Shown piece by piece: positions 19,524 through 33,797 of a stretch of 64,000 nt of DNA (positions are counted from its first letter, which is position 1; each line of letters starts with the position of its first letter). The stretch lies in the NCBI GenBank assembly GCA_965198225.1, contig CBDAOY010000007.1:32001-96000 (forward strand), written 5' to 3'. The notes under the pieces were generated by a model. It was not told the DNA's origin. It made no database searches and worked only from the letters and a program-made list of their open reading frames with translations. The position numbers were made by a program, and so were the translations under genes. The DNA comes from Terriglobia bacterium. Its GTDB lineage: Bacteria; Acidobacteriota; Terriglobia; 20CM-2-55-15.

Positions 19524-20069
19524 CGATTTGCCCCCATACTTCGTTCCAGCATCGGTGAGTTGCCACGCGGACTTAGGACCAGAAAGTCCGGGCACTCGCT
19601 CAATCAGCCCTTCATCGCGTAGCTTGTAGAACTCATTCTTGACGAGATTCTCAGACTTGATTCCGGTCAGTTCACGAGCCTGTTTGTTCGTTATCTGAGG
19701 GTGCAGCGAGAGAAACGCCATGATCGCTTCACTCGGCGCAGCAAGCGGGGAGTGTGGCAAGACGACCTTCAAATAGTTGTTTTCTTCTTTGATCGCTGGT
19801 TCCTTCAAGCCCCATTCTTTCATTTTCTGGAACGTAGTATTAAGTCCCTCACCGAGGTCTTTGTTCGGCGGATCTTTATATCGATTGAGTGTGCGTACCA
19901 ACCGTGTATTGCGCGAGAACCGAGCGTCTAGGATATTGTCGACTGTGACGTACCCAGGCAATCTTCCAGGGCTGAGGATCTCGATTCGATCATCAAAGAT
20001 GAGAATCTGGATGTCATCAGAGATTGAGTAATCTCGATGGAGTACAGCATTGACTAATACCTCCCAGAT
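19518..20069 (-). pseudogene. 3' fragment of HATPase_c_4 (RecG-C-like)/HTH protein, 5' part lost at IS3 end
   Basis: Frame reads WEVLVNAVLHRDYS..IFDDRIEILSPGRLPG..RN..GEG..ITNKQARELTG and is cut exactly at the IS3 inverted repeat. Confidence 0.85.
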
Positions 20070-20409
20070 TGAACCGCCCCGGGTTTTCTGGAGACAGTTT
20101 TAGTTGAGTCCGGCCTCGATGAGGGCCGGACGGTTGATTCTGATAATACATCTGCTCAAACTCGGCTGGAGGGATATCGCCGATCGGCTCCAGCAATCGT
20201 TTGTCGTTGTACCAGCAGACCCAATCCAGTGTTGCAAACTCCACATCGTCGAGTCCTTTCCAGGGACCGTTGTGGCGAATGACTTCGGTCCTGTACAGGC
20301 CGATCACGGATTCGGCCAATGCGTTGTCGTAGGAATCTCCGATGCTGCCCACTGAAGACTCGATTCCGGCCTCAGCCAGGCGTTCGGTGTAGCGGATCGA
20401 CAGATACTG

Positions 20410-22525
<2,116 letters not shown>

Positions 22526-23869
22526 TCATGGCAGCGGTTGCAATGCACCGTAGATGTGGCTGATACCGAGGCCGGGCCCTGAGGAGGCGCTGTGGCAGAC
22601 GAAGCAGTTCACGCTCTGGTGATAGGTCTCCATCGTCGAATTCGCCAGATCGAGGGAGCCGATCTGCGTGCCCGCTGGCGGAATCTGGCCGTCTTGTGTC
22701 CAGAGCGAGCCGGTTTGGATGTAGTTCTTGCGGACGTCCCCATCGGCCAGTAGACCGACGACGTCGCTGTTCAGGGAGATGATCTCGGTGTTGTTTTCGG
22801 CCGAGGACGCCTGCCCTCCCGCATCGCCCCAGGGGTTGACCCGGTAGGTGTTGCTGGCGCCAATGGTCTGATCGGTTGCGGCGACGATATTGCCCGATGA
22901 GCCGTCTACAGCCATCCTGGCAACGTTGGCGCCGGTTTGGCTGCCACCGGAGGCCATGAAGAGCCAGTTTCCGCCGGAGTCGTACTTGACCAGCTGCATC
23001 GAGCCATCGCTTGACTCGTAGTAGTAGTCGTTGTTGGGCGTATTGCTCAGGTGCTCGAACGTGGCCCAGATCATCTCCGGATGCCCCAGGGCGCTGCCGA
23101 CGACATGCATGCCGACCAGGGCGAGCTCGAGGGTCTCGGAGCCGTCAGGGGTCCAGGTGGTGTCCGACATGGGCGTGTATCGGGGAACCTCGGCACTGAT
23201 CGTCAGATACTGACTGGCCTCAACCGTCGACGCATCGACCCATGAGGTCTTGACCTCAATGGCGAGGGCAGCGCCATCGGCGAACGTCATGCCGGCGAAG
23301 GCCTTGATGGCATCGAGGTCGGCCTGGGTGGTTGGGAAGTCTGTCGCTTCGATCTCGCCCCCCTTCTGGCCGCTGAGGAAGTAGGCATAGACGTCGTTGA
23401 CGTGGATTCCGTAGTACACCAGGGAACCCTGCTGCGAGATCAGCGCGTCGCTGCCGCCGGCCTGACCTGTTTCCCCGATCTCCTCTGGCTTTCGAACCCG
23501 CAAAGTGAAGCCGTTGGGGGCCGTGTTCGGGATGAACACCCTCTCGCCGCTGGCGTCCGCCGGCGACACATCGTAGAAGACGCGAGCGTCGAAGACATAC
23601 CGGTCCGCCTGGACCGGCGAGGTCAGCCAGAGGAACATCTGCGCCGACCACTTATAGAAGTCACACGTGTCATTCTCCTGCGGGAATCCGACGCTGTTCG
23701 CCGCGTCGACGAAACCGTCTTCGGTGACCGTGCCGGATCGGAACCACGAGGAGATCTCCTGCTCCGAGAGCGTACAGGTTGGTGCCGGGTTCGGCGGCAG
23801 CACCGATTGTCCATACAAGATCGTGGCAACGAACCCGGCAGCGAAAAGCACAAGCGCGATCCTTCTCAT
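22526..23869 (-). CDS. Secreted protein with C-terminal CxxCH (putative c-type cytochrome)
   Basis: Signal peptide; LVGMHVV, WATFEH, LANSTMETYHQSVNCFVCH. Confidence 0.75.
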   Translation of the reverse strand: MRRIALVLFAAGFVATILYGQSVLPPNPAPTCTLSEQEISSWFRSGTVTEDGFVDAANSVGFPQENDTCDFYKWSAQMFLWLTSPVQADRYVFDARVFYDVSPADASGERVFIPNTAPNGFTLRVRKPEEIGETGQAGGSDALISQQGSLVYYGIHVNDVYAYFLSGQKGGEIEATDFPTTQADLDAIKAFAGMTFADGAALAIEVKTSWVDASTVEASQYLTISAEVPRYTPMSDTTWTPDGSETLELALVGMHVVGSALGHPEMIWATFEHLSNTPNNDYYYESSDGSMQLVKYDSGGNWLFMASGGSQTGANVARMAVDGSSGNIVAATDQTIGASNTYRVNPWGDAGGQASSAENNTEIISLNSDVVGLLADGDVRKNYIQTGSLWTQDGQIPPAGTQIGSLDLANSTMETYHQSVNCFVCHSASSGPGLGISHIYGALQPLP

Positions 23870-24230
23870 GGTCCTGCCCTCCTGCGCCCCTGGGCTCTGT
23901 GGGCGGAGTTGCCCGGATAGATCGGCCTGGCTAACCGCGGATCAGCTCGTTCAGCCGATTCGTCGACATCCGGACGACAGGAACATTAGCGCCCTTGCGG
24001 ACGGAACGCAAGTCAACGAAGGCCCGTTCTTGGACCCAAGGCTCTAGCCGGCACGGCTCGGAGCGCCGGCACGTTTGGGTGACTCAGAGAACCGGGAAGA
24101 GCTTTGTCCGGGTAACGCTACCGGTGTCAGACCAACGAGATGTGAGACCGCGAGGGCAGACACCGATTCCAGGACTTCGACAATACTGGATCAGGCGCAC
24201 TCTTCTTTGGATGGAAGGGGCGAATCCTCC

Positions 24231-24294
24231 TTCGCAGACGTTTCTGCGTAAGCAAACACTCGGGGACAGGGCTATACCCCTGTCCCCCTCACGT
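24231..24294 (+). repeat. GGGGACAGG-hairpin repeat (copy 3), right boundary of accessory island
   Basis: Direct repeat of 15730-15794. Confidence 0.75.
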
Positions 24295-24329
24295 CCGTTC
24301 GCTCGCGGTGCCTGGTCGATAGAGCGTTT

Positions 24330-26921
24330 CTAGGAAATCCCCAACGTGCCGGTTGAGCGGGGAGGGGCCTCGCGGGCGGCGGTGGGTTCGGTCTCGCCTT
24401 CGAACAGGCGGACGCGTCGGAGCAGGAGGTCGGTCAGGTAGAGCAGCAGGGCCACGAAAGCCAGGTAGGGCCACAGCGGGATCGGGCGGGCGGCGCTCTG
24501 TCCCTCGGTCGCGAAGATGTCGGCCGCTCTCGGCGCGTACTCGCCACCGGTCACGGCAGCGACTTCGCGGAGTAGGTCCACGTCGGGGGGGAAGAAGTGG
24601 TACTCCTCCGGATAGGAGTAGGGAAGGGTGCGCTCCACGCCGGCTTCATCCCCGATGATGTGGAACGAGAAGGGACCGCGCTGGTTGACGGGGAAGCGGG
24701 CCTCGTAAGTCCCGGGCCCCGATTGGTGAACATCGACTACGGACGTGTTCTGCCGCGGGTCGACGACCCGGACCTGCGAGTCCAGCTCGTTGCGGAATCC
24801 ACCTTCGTCATCGAACGCCGTGATCACGATGTGGGCTTCATCGTCTTCTTTCTCGATCCGCAGGTCGATATTCTCATCGTCTCGACGGCGCATCGTTTCC
24901 CGGACCATCTGTGGCCAGAACTTTCCGTACCCGTCCCACGTCAGCCATTCCGCCGCCCACCGATTCTTGACGTCGGATGTGAACGCGACGGTCTTGCCGA
25001 GCCCATACTGCCACCGGGCCAGTAACGGCATCTCCTCTTCGGCCTCCAGCAACACCTCGGAGGTTTCCTTGGCGATGGTCGCGACGTAGCCGAGGAGCGG
25101 CGGTGCGTTCGGGAAATCAATTCCCGTGAACGCTTCGACGTCCTTCACCACCGTCGGCTGGAATGACTCTTCCCTCAACGTACCCTGAGTCGCCAACTGG
25201 GTTTCTTCCGTGAAGATCTGCGGAACCATCGCCGCGTCCTCGATAAAATAGGATCTCCCCTCGCCCCATTCCGCGATGTTGGACAGAAGCTCGCGATCGG
25301 CGCCGTTGCCGACGGCAACTGTCGAGACTGTCATCTCCTGGTCCGACATGGATTCGACCAGTCCGACATAGTCGTCCGGCAGCGATCGTCCGTCGGACAG
25401 GAGGATCACGTGACGGACTTCGGCATCGGTGCCGGTCAACTGCAGGTGCGCTTCTCTCAGTGCGGGATAGATATTGGTCTCTCCGCCGGCGATGATCATG
25501 CTCACGCTCTGGTTGATGGCTTCCCGGTTTGAGGCGCGTTGGAGACGCACGGGCCAGTAATGGTTGTAGTCGAAGGCGATGATTCCGATCAGGTGATCGT
25601 CGAGCAGCACTTCGACAGCGGCCTTGGATGCTTCCTTCGCCAGCTCGATCTTCTGTCCGCCCATGCTGCCGGACTTGTCGAGGACGATGATCAGGGCCAC
25701 CGACGCCTCATCACGCTCGAGGTCGAACCGAACCGGAAGGATTTCTTCGACCGGTGTCTCGCTGTAGCCGTTCTCGCCGAACACCGCCTCTCCACCTGCC
25801 AGGATGAAGCCTCCACCCATATCCTCGACATAGCGCTTGAGCGCGATCATCTGTCGTGCACCGAGCTGGTTGGCTCGAACGTCACTGAGAATGACCGTTT
25901 CGTAGGCGTCGAAGCCCCCGGCGGTGGTCGGCATCGCCTCCGAGTTCATCGTGTCGACTTCGATGCCTTCGAGCTCGAGAACATCCGTGAGGTAGTGGGC
26001 GCTCTCGGGACGACCCTCGACATAGAGCACGCTGGGACGACCCTCGACGAGAAGCGATTCCCGGTACAGGTTGTTTTCCGCGAATCCGTCTGCCTGTGCA
26101 GTCAACTCCGCCTCGATCGTAACGGGCCCGTCTTCATCGATGCGCGTCTCGAACCCGATCCGGTTGATCCCCTCATCGAGGTTGACGGTTCTTGTTTCGA
26201 GAACTTCATCTCCCACCCGGACCTGGATCATCGCGGGCCGCGGTGTCTGGCTGTAGGCATGGATCTCCAGGGGAAACAGCTCGTCCCGCGTCACCCGCTG
26301 CGGCGCCATCACGGTTTCGATCCAGGAGTCTCCCGTCGCACGGGACTGGATCGGCACGGCGAAGACCTGAACGCCCTCCTGCTTCATCTTCAGCACGGTG
26401 TCCTTCACCCTGCCCACATTCTCATTGCCGTCGGTCAAGACGACCAGGCGCTTGAGGTGATTGGGCGCGAAGCTGTGCATCCCGCGGTTCAGGGCAGCCT
26501 CCAGATTTGTTCCCGACTGGTCGATCGAGCCCCCTACCGCCCGATTCGAGACTTGAACCGTCCGGAGACGTTCGAGCTCTTCGAAGACCATCGAGTTGTT
26601 CGCGAACCCTACGAAGAGAGAATGCTCAGGATCGCCCTCGGAGTTCGTCTCCTCGATCCAGTCGATGGCCGACTCGATCGCCTGAGGAGAGATGCTCTCG
26701 GACACATCCAGTAGGTAGATAACGGAGAGCCAGCGCCCCGTGCTGTTCACCACCGGCTGCATCAAGGCCAGCACAAGCATCACGGCGAGCGCGGATCGCA
26801 CAACAGTAGCCAGTTTCAGGTGGGTAGGATTGAAATCCGTCATCGTCTGCTTCCGCACCCACCAGAAGAAGGGAACCAGGCCCAACAGCAACAGCGGCCA
26901 GTAGTTTTGGAAGGCAATCAT
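24330..26921 (-). CDS. Membrane protein with two VWA domains and a GATase-like domain
   Basis: MIDAS motifs DVSES and DKSGS, LTDG/LSDG; RWQYGLGK..FTSD; N- and C-terminal TM; start MIAFQNY. Confidence 0.88.
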   Translation of the reverse strand: MIAFQNYWPLLLLGLVPFFWWVRKQTMTDFNPTHLKLATVVRSALAVMLVLALMQPVVNSTGRWLSVIYLLDVSESISPQAIESAIDWIEETNSEGDPEHSLFVGFANNSMVFEELERLRTVQVSNRAVGGSIDQSGTNLEAALNRGMHSFAPNHLKRLVVLTDGNENVGRVKDTVLKMKQEGVQVFAVPIQSRATGDSWIETVMAPQRVTRDELFPLEIHAYSQTPRPAMIQVRVGDEVLETRTVNLDEGINRIGFETRIDEDGPVTIEAELTAQADGFAENNLYRESLLVEGRPSVLYVEGRPESAHYLTDVLELEGIEVDTMNSEAMPTTAGGFDAYETVILSDVRANQLGARQMIALKRYVEDMGGGFILAGGEAVFGENGYSETPVEEILPVRFDLERDEASVALIIVLDKSGSMGGQKIELAKEASKAAVEVLLDDHLIGIIAFDYNHYWPVRLQRASNREAINQSVSMIIAGGETNIYPALREAHLQLTGTDAEVRHVILLSDGRSLPDDYVGLVESMSDQEMTVSTVAVGNGADRELLSNIAEWGEGRSYFIEDAAMVPQIFTEETQLATQGTLREESFQPTVVKDVEAFTGIDFPNAPPLLGYVATIAKETSEVLLEAEEEMPLLARWQYGLGKTVAFTSDVKNRWAAEWLTWDGYGKFWPQMVRETMRRRDDENIDLRIEKEDDEAHIVITAFDDEGGFRNELDSQVRVVDPRQNTSVVDVHQSGPGTYEARFPVNQRGPFSFHIIGDEAGVERTLPYSYPEEYHFFPPDVDLLREVAAVTGGEYAPRAADIFATEGQSAARPIPLWPYLAFVALLLYLTDLLLRRVRLFEGETEPTAAREAPPRSTGTLGIS

Positions 26922-26970
26922 GTTTGCTTCCCGTGTCGGGACAAGCTGAACAATTCGTGGAGGCTCGGAT

Positions 26971-28740
26971 TCAGAGTGTGATCCTCCTATGATAGGTCCA
27001 CCATTCTGCGGCGACAAGAACCAGTGCGAGAAACAGCATGTAGAACCACAGCTCGTTGCTGAGTGCCGGAAGAGTGAGCGCCCCCACGCCTCCGCCGGGG
27101 GGAAGAGAAGAGCTGTTTACGTCCGAAGACCGGCGGTCCGTCAGGTTGGCGGCGACCCGAACCCGCCTGCCGGCGTCGGTGGCGGCCAGCAAGTCCGGTT
27201 CGGTCATCTCGACGACCGTCCGACCAAACCGACTCTCGGTCGGGAGTTCGGAGCCGTCCAGGCGCGTCACGCTCGACGTCTCGACCGGAAACTCGATCAC
27301 GCCGAGGCCTGTTCGTTCGGCCAGTGCCTCGCCGGAAAACCACGTCAGGACATTCTGCACGAAGACGGGAAAGCCGAGATGAAGAGCGAAGTCGGACGAA
27401 TCGAGGCCAAAAGCGACCAGGACCTTTTTCCTCGGGCCGTCCATCGCGACGATCAATGGGCCCTCCTCCGAAGATGCCACCACCGTCGCGTCGCCCGCCG
27501 CGATCTGGCCGGCGCCTTCGATCTTGAGATCATGCAGCTGAACGAACTGCATGATCGGATGATCGGAATCCCACGAAGCGACTCGCGGTTCCTGCACGGT
27601 TCGAACGGACCGGGGCAACCAGCCGACATTAGTTGCGCCGAAAACCAGGCTGGGTCTTGCCGGTTCCGCCGCGGGAGCCGTTCCTTCGAAGATGTAGACA
27701 TCGGAAGTGGTCGTCTCTCGGAAGTCTTCGGGTCGGACCACGCTCAGGCTGACGCCGGGCGACAGCCTGAGAAGGGTTTCCATGTATCCGCCCGTCGCTC
27801 GTGTCACCAGCGTCACCCGGGCCCGCGTCCGCATCGGCAGGTAGGCGAAGGCCGTGTCGTCGATCGCCAGGGCGTCGCCGTCAGCCTGAATACTGACGCG
27901 GATCCCTCCTCCGTCGAACTGGGACATGTCGAATTGGTTCTTCCAGGCTCCTCCGGTCTCAATCGAGACGGCTCTCGTCGCGCGCTGTCCGCCCGCGCCA
28001 CTCATCAAAATGCGGACGTTCTTGTCCTCTTCGGAATAGTTCGACACTTCCAGATGCGCCTGGTAACCGGATGGGCTCGTGGGGTCGACCCGAATCTCGA
28101 ACGCCGTGATCCCCACGTTGTCCGCCGGCTCGAACACGGAAACCGTCCGGGCCGAACTCGGGACATCGAGCCGGGCGACACCGTCGGAAATGAAATAGAG
28201 GTCGGTACCCGATATCGGCACGTCAGGGAATCGCAACTGTCCCGCGAAGGGCCGCATGCGGTCCAGGGCGGCAGAGATGGCGTCGCGATCTTCTGTCAAC
28301 GGCGTCTGTACCTGACCGGATGTGTCGGCGGCCAGGAAACCGGCCGGCGAATTGCTGTTTTCCAGGATGCGGCGCGCTTCGGCCGCCGCGGTTTCCCACC
28401 GTGTCCGGCCCGTTGATGTCCGTGTCGACATCGACGGCGAACTATCCATGACGATCACGATCGGCCGCATCTGTCCCGAAAGAGCCTCGATCTGAGGCCT
28501 CCCGAGAGACAGGGCGATCAGCAGCGCGATGGCGAGCGCCACGGCAAGAGAGATCCAGCGCCGCAGCCTCTCCATCAACGAACTGGTGTCTCTGTCTTCC
28601 AGCACTCTGCGCCACAACAGCGACGAAGCAACGACCACCCTGCGGTGACGCAGCTTCAGGAAGAACAGCACGACGACGGCGGCCGCGGTCAAGGCCGTCA
28701 GCAGCAGGACTTGCGTCGTCGTCAGTGCAAGAAAACTCAT
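26971..28740 (-). CDS. BatA-N/VWA membrane protein
   Basis: BatA-like N-terminus (VASSLLW), DSSPSM MIDAS, ISDG, C-terminal TM ..AEWW. Confidence 0.87.
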   Translation of the reverse strand: MSFLALTTTQVLLLTALTAAAVVVLFFLKLRHRRVVVASSLLWRRVLEDRDTSSLMERLRRWISLAVALAIALLIALSLGRPQIEALSGQMRPIVIVMDSSPSMSTRTSTGRTRWETAAAEARRILENSNSPAGFLAADTSGQVQTPLTEDRDAISAALDRMRPFAGQLRFPDVPISGTDLYFISDGVARLDVPSSARTVSVFEPADNVGITAFEIRVDPTSPSGYQAHLEVSNYSEEDKNVRILMSGAGGQRATRAVSIETGGAWKNQFDMSQFDGGGIRVSIQADGDALAIDDTAFAYLPMRTRARVTLVTRATGGYMETLLRLSPGVSLSVVRPEDFRETTTSDVYIFEGTAPAAEPARPSLVFGATNVGWLPRSVRTVQEPRVASWDSDHPIMQFVQLHDLKIEGAGQIAAGDATVVASSEEGPLIVAMDGPRKKVLVAFGLDSSDFALHLGFPVFVQNVLTWFSGEALAERTGLGVIEFPVETSSVTRLDGSELPTESRFGRTVVEMTEPDLLAATDAGRRVRVAANLTDRRSSDVNSSSLPPGGGVGALTLPALSNELWFYMLFLALVLVAAEWWTYHRRITL

Positions 28741-29624
28741 TTCAGGAACCTACCCTGCCGGAAAACTTCCAGGATCAAATCCTCGAAGGGAAAATTCGTC
28801 AGCGTGCGGACGTAGCCGAGCTGGTACTTCACCGTATACCGCCGGATTTCCTCGCAGTATTCCCCCATTTCTCTCATGTAGGCGTCGAGCAGATCCGCGG
28901 TTACGGTCACCTCGCGACTCGTGTTGTCTTCGGAGTCGACCAACTGGAGCTGCCCGCGAATGAGCGGATCGATCTCCTCATGGGCGATGACCTGGAGGGC
29001 GAAGATGTCGTGCCGGTAATAGCGCAACATGTTCAGGCCGTTATCGAATCCGTTCGGATCGAAAAAATCGGAGATGACGACCGCCAACCCGCGCCTTCTC
29101 TTGCCCGTACAGAAGACCTTGAAGGCTTCCTTGGCATTGGTTTCGCCGGAGGACTCCAGTTCGGATAGGAACTGGAACAGTTTGAAGATCTGGTGCTTGC
29201 CGCGCTGAGGAGAGAGTTCCCGTTTGACCCCGTCGGCGTAACCGACCACGGTCACGCGATCCAGGTTCGCCAGACCGATGTAGCATAGCGCCGCGGCGAC
29301 CTTCCGGGCATAGTCAAGTTTCGACGGGTCTCCGTAGTTCATCGAGCGGCTGCTGTCGATGAACATGTAGATCGGCAGGTCCTCTTCCTCCTCGTAGAGG
29401 CGCAGCAGCAGTTTGTCCAAACGCAGGTAGGTTTTCCAGTCCAGGTACCGGAAGTCATCCCCGGGTACGTACCCCCGGAAGTCGGCGAACTCCAGACCCG
29501 AGCCCAGCTTTCGGGTGCGCCGTTCGGCCTTGAACTGGCCCGCGAACCGTTTCGATACGATCGCCAGATACTCCAGCTTTCGCATGAACTGATCGTCGAA
29601 CGGCGCGATGACTGTCTTCGACAT
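28737..29624 (-). CDS. DUF58 (VWA-like) protein
   Basis: GSGLEFADFRGYVPGDDFRYLDW, IDSSRSM, VVISDF. Confidence 0.93.
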   Translation of the reverse strand: MSKTVIAPFDDQFMRKLEYLAIVSKRFAGQFKAERRTRKLGSGLEFADFRGYVPGDDFRYLDWKTYLRLDKLLLRLYEEEEDLPIYMFIDSSRSMNYGDPSKLDYARKVAAALCYIGLANLDRVTVVGYADGVKRELSPQRGKHQIFKLFQFLSELESSGETNAKEAFKVFCTGKRRRGLAVVISDFFDPNGFDNGLNMLRYYRHDIFALQVIAHEEIDPLIRGQLQLVDSEDNTSREVTVTADLLDAYMREMGEYCEEIRRYTVKYQLGYVRTLTNFPFEDLILEVFRQGRFLK

Positions 29625-29650
29625 GCTTAGTGAACGCGGGCGTTCCGCCC

Positions 29651-29766
29651 GCAGTAGCCAGTCGCCGGTAGTCAGTAGTCAGTTGAAGAGTCGCCAAACG
29701 AAGATTGGTCAGTGATCAGCGACTGGCAAGCCGTGCGTTCCTATTTGACTGACTACTGACTACTGA
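29651..29766. repeat. Heptamer palindrome (GTAGTCA/TGACTAC family)
   Basis: GTAGCCA GTCGCCG GTAGTCA GTAGTCA ... TGACTAC TGACTAC TGA. Confidence 0.7.
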
Positions 29767-29825
29767 TTAATGCCCACTGGCCGCGCAGCGGCCCAACGGC
29801 CTACGGACAACGGCCTACGTCTTCC

Positions 29826-30817
<992 letters not shown>

Positions 30818-30821
<4 letters not shown>

Positions 30822-32512
30822 GGCGTCGGTCGAGGCCGGATGGCTTGGAAGTATTCCCTGATCAGATTTCGGTATTCACGGGGGATCTGGTCCTGGTTCA
30901 GGAGATCCTGCTGTGCCGGGGTCAAGTCGGATTGCACGTTTCTGTAGTCCAGCTTCGATCGTTGCTCCTGGCTTTCTTCTTCGATCTTCTCGGCTTCTGA
31001 TTCGAGGTCTTCGCTACGCTGCGCCTCCATCCGTTCCTCCTGCAGCTGGACGTCGAGGCTGGTCGGAGCGCCTTCCTTCTCTTCGGGAGAGAAACCGAAT
31101 CCGGACGGCATCTGTCCCGTGCCGGTGGCATCGAAACCCTGCACCTCCTCGGGCTGCCCCGGGGCCTGGGCCTGGTCGGTCATCTGTCCCTCGCCTGCTG
31201 CGCCTGGCGCGAACTCCGGTTCGGCGTCCATTTGACCCGGCTGGGCAGCCTGTTCCTGGCCCATCTGATCCTCTAGTTGCTGCCCCTGCTCACCCTGCTG
31301 TTGTGCCTCGGCCTGCTGGTCCTCCTGCTGTTGACGCATCTGCTCGAGCGCCTCCTCCAGTGCCGCCTGCTGTTCCTGGTTCTGTTGCTCACGCAGTGAG
31401 TTCTGCAGATCTTCCAACTGCTGAGACGCCTGGTTCTTGATCTGCTGGCTTTCCACCATTTCCGAAAGGTCTTCCAACTCCCGGGCCGCGTCCTCCAGAG
31501 CCTGCTGGAGGGCCTCCTGGTCCTGGCTCTGGAGGCTCTCGGAGGCTTCCTGAAGTTGTTCGGCCAGTTCTTCCAGTCCCGGCCGCGTGTTTTCGGAAGC
31601 CTGTTCCAGGACCTCCTGGAGTTGCTCATCAGGTTGCTCGCCGGCACCCAGTTCTTCCGCTAGCCGGCGCATTTCCCCCGCGGCTTGTTCGAGCTCGCCT
31701 CCCGACATCGCTTCGCCGGCTTCCCTCGTGCTTTCGGACTGCTGCAGATCCTGTCCGATCTCGTCCAGGCCTTCGATGATGCTCGCCATATTCAGGTTCC
31801 CCTCATCCATGAGGTCCTGAATCTGATCGAGCTCTTCGAGTGCCTCGCTGGTGGAGAGTTCGCCGCTCCGAAGGGCTTCGATCAACTCTTCGAGCTGCTC
31901 GACGACCTCGTCCTGTTCGAGTTCCTGAGCCTGCTCGATCAGCTCTTCAATCTCTTCGAGAAGCGCTTCATCTTCACTGTTCAACATCAGCGTGGGCGCT
32001 TCGCGGGAATACAACCAGTTGTGGTCGATGGGCAGGGGGGCGAAGTTGAGGATCAGAAGCAGCAGGCCGAGCGCGACGGCCAGGTAGGAAGTCCCCCCGA
32101 CGGCTCTTGGGTACAGGCGCTTTGGGTCGAGCCTGCGTGCCGTTTCAGCCGCACGGTGGACCTGCAGCTCGATCCAGGGGTTCTGACGCCCGTTCTCCAT
32201 GAACCAGTACGCACTGGTGATCTCGTTCTTGAGCCGAGCCTTCTGATCGACTTGGGCGGCGGCTTCACTAAGCGTGCATTTCCCGCCCACGAGGGTTCGG
32301 CCGATGAAAGTAGCCAGAGCGATGAACCAGAGTACCCAGAAGATCTGTATCGTACTGGAACTAAGCGGTAAAAGAAGATCCCAGGCCTTAACGAGGAGGG
32401 CGCCGACGATCAGAATCAGGCTGCCGAATGCCAGCCGTTCGACGAGCCGGTTGGCTCGAACCCTGGTTTCGATCCGCCTGAGGGTTTGGACGATAGCTTC
32501 CCGATCGGACAT
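30818..32512 (-). CDS. Membrane-anchored Gln/Glu-rich coiled-coil protein of MoxR/VWA operon
   Basis: Three N-terminal TMs, long Q/E heptads, C-terminal IPREYRNLIREYF. Confidence 0.8.
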
Positions 32513-32642
32513 TTACAGATATGTGCTTTCCTATCAACAAAAAATCCGCGTAAGCCTACCATAACTTATACCGAGACCTGAAGGAAAGACAGGAGTCGCC
32601 GATGCAGGCTGACTCCCGGTCCGGCGACGAGATCGGGCTTCC

Positions 32643-33797
32643 CTAAATGCTTGAGGAAGTTGGGACTTTGAGTGGGACCTGGGCGACGATCTTCAGGCCG
32701 TGGCCCTTCAGCGCCACCAGTTTGCGGGGATGATTCGTCAGGATTCGCATCGACCGGATATCCAGCGCCGCCAGGATCTGGATCCCGATGCCATACTCGC
32801 GCTGCTCGCCCTTGAGGCCGATCGTCTCGTTCACGTCCACATCCTGCTTGCCGTGGTACTCCAGGTGGCGCTCACCTTTCGATTCGGCGATGTTGAAACC
32901 TCGGCCGGTCTGGTGGAGGTAGAGCAAGACACCGCGGCCTTCTGTCGCGATCCTTTCCATGGCGAGGTCTATCTGTTGCTGGCAGTGACATCGGCTGGAA
33001 CCGAACACGTCCCCGGTCAGGCAGTGCGAGTGGACCCGCACCAGGACGTCTTCCCCGTTCTCGATGTCGCCCCGGACAAGCGCCACGTGGGTTTCCTTGT
33101 CGATGATGCTTTCGAAGGCGATCATCTTGAAATCGCCGTGCTGGGTCGGGAGTGTGGTTTCGGCGACCTTCCGGACGAACCGTTCGGTGCCGAGGCGATA
33201 CTGGATCAGGTCGGCGACAGTGATGATCTTCAGGTTGTGCTCGGCGGCGAAATCGATCAGATCGGGTGTTCGAGCCATCGTCCCGTCCTCACGCATGATT
33301 TCGCAGATCACCGCGCTTGCGTCGAGTCCAGCAATCTTGGCGAGATCGACGGAGGCTTCTGTCTGGCCGGCCCGCACCAGCACCCCGCCCGGTTTCGCCC
33401 GCAGAGGGAAAATGTGTCCGGGACGAACCAGGTCGGACGGTCGTGTCGCATCGTCTATGGCCGTCAGGATCGTCTGCGCCCGATCGAAGGCGGAGATGCC
33501 GGTCGAGACGTTCCTCCGGGCCTCGATCGACACGCAGAAGGCCGTGCCGTAAGGCGAGGTGTTCGTCGGGTCGGAAACCATCAGCGGAATCTGAAGTTCA
33601 TCCAGCCTCGGGCCAGTCATCGGCAGGCAGATCAGCCCGCGACCATGGGTCGCCATGAAGTTGATGGCCTCCGGTGTCACCTTCTCCGCTGCGATCATTA
33701 GATCGCCTTCGTTCTCACGATCCTCATCGTCGACGATAATGACCATCAGGCCTTCCTGGATGTCGATCAGCGCGTTTTCTATTCTTGCGAAACTCAT
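32643..33797 (-). CDS. ribBA: DHBP synthase / GTP cyclohydrolase II fusion (GCH II half divergent)
   Basis: [23 protein letters not shown]; C-terminal [19 protein letters not shown]. Confidence 0.9.
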   Translation of the reverse strand: MSFARIENALIDIQEGLMVIIVDDEDRENEGDLMIAAEKVTPEAINFMATHGRGLICLPMTGPRLDELQIPLMVSDPTNTSPYGTAFCVSIEARRNVSTGISAFDRAQTILTAIDDATRPSDLVRPGHIFPLRAKPGGVLVRAGQTEASVDLAKIAGLDASAVICEIMREDGTMARTPDLIDFAAEHNLKIITVADLIQYRLGTERFVRKVAETTLPTQHGDFKMIAFESIIDKETHVALVRGDIENGEDVLVRVHSHCLTGDVFGSSRCHCQQQIDLAMERIATEGRGVLLYLHQTGRGFNIAESKGERHLEYHGKQDVDVNETIGLKGEQREYGIGIQILAALDIRSMRILTNHPRKLVALKGHGLKIVAQVPLKVPTSSSI

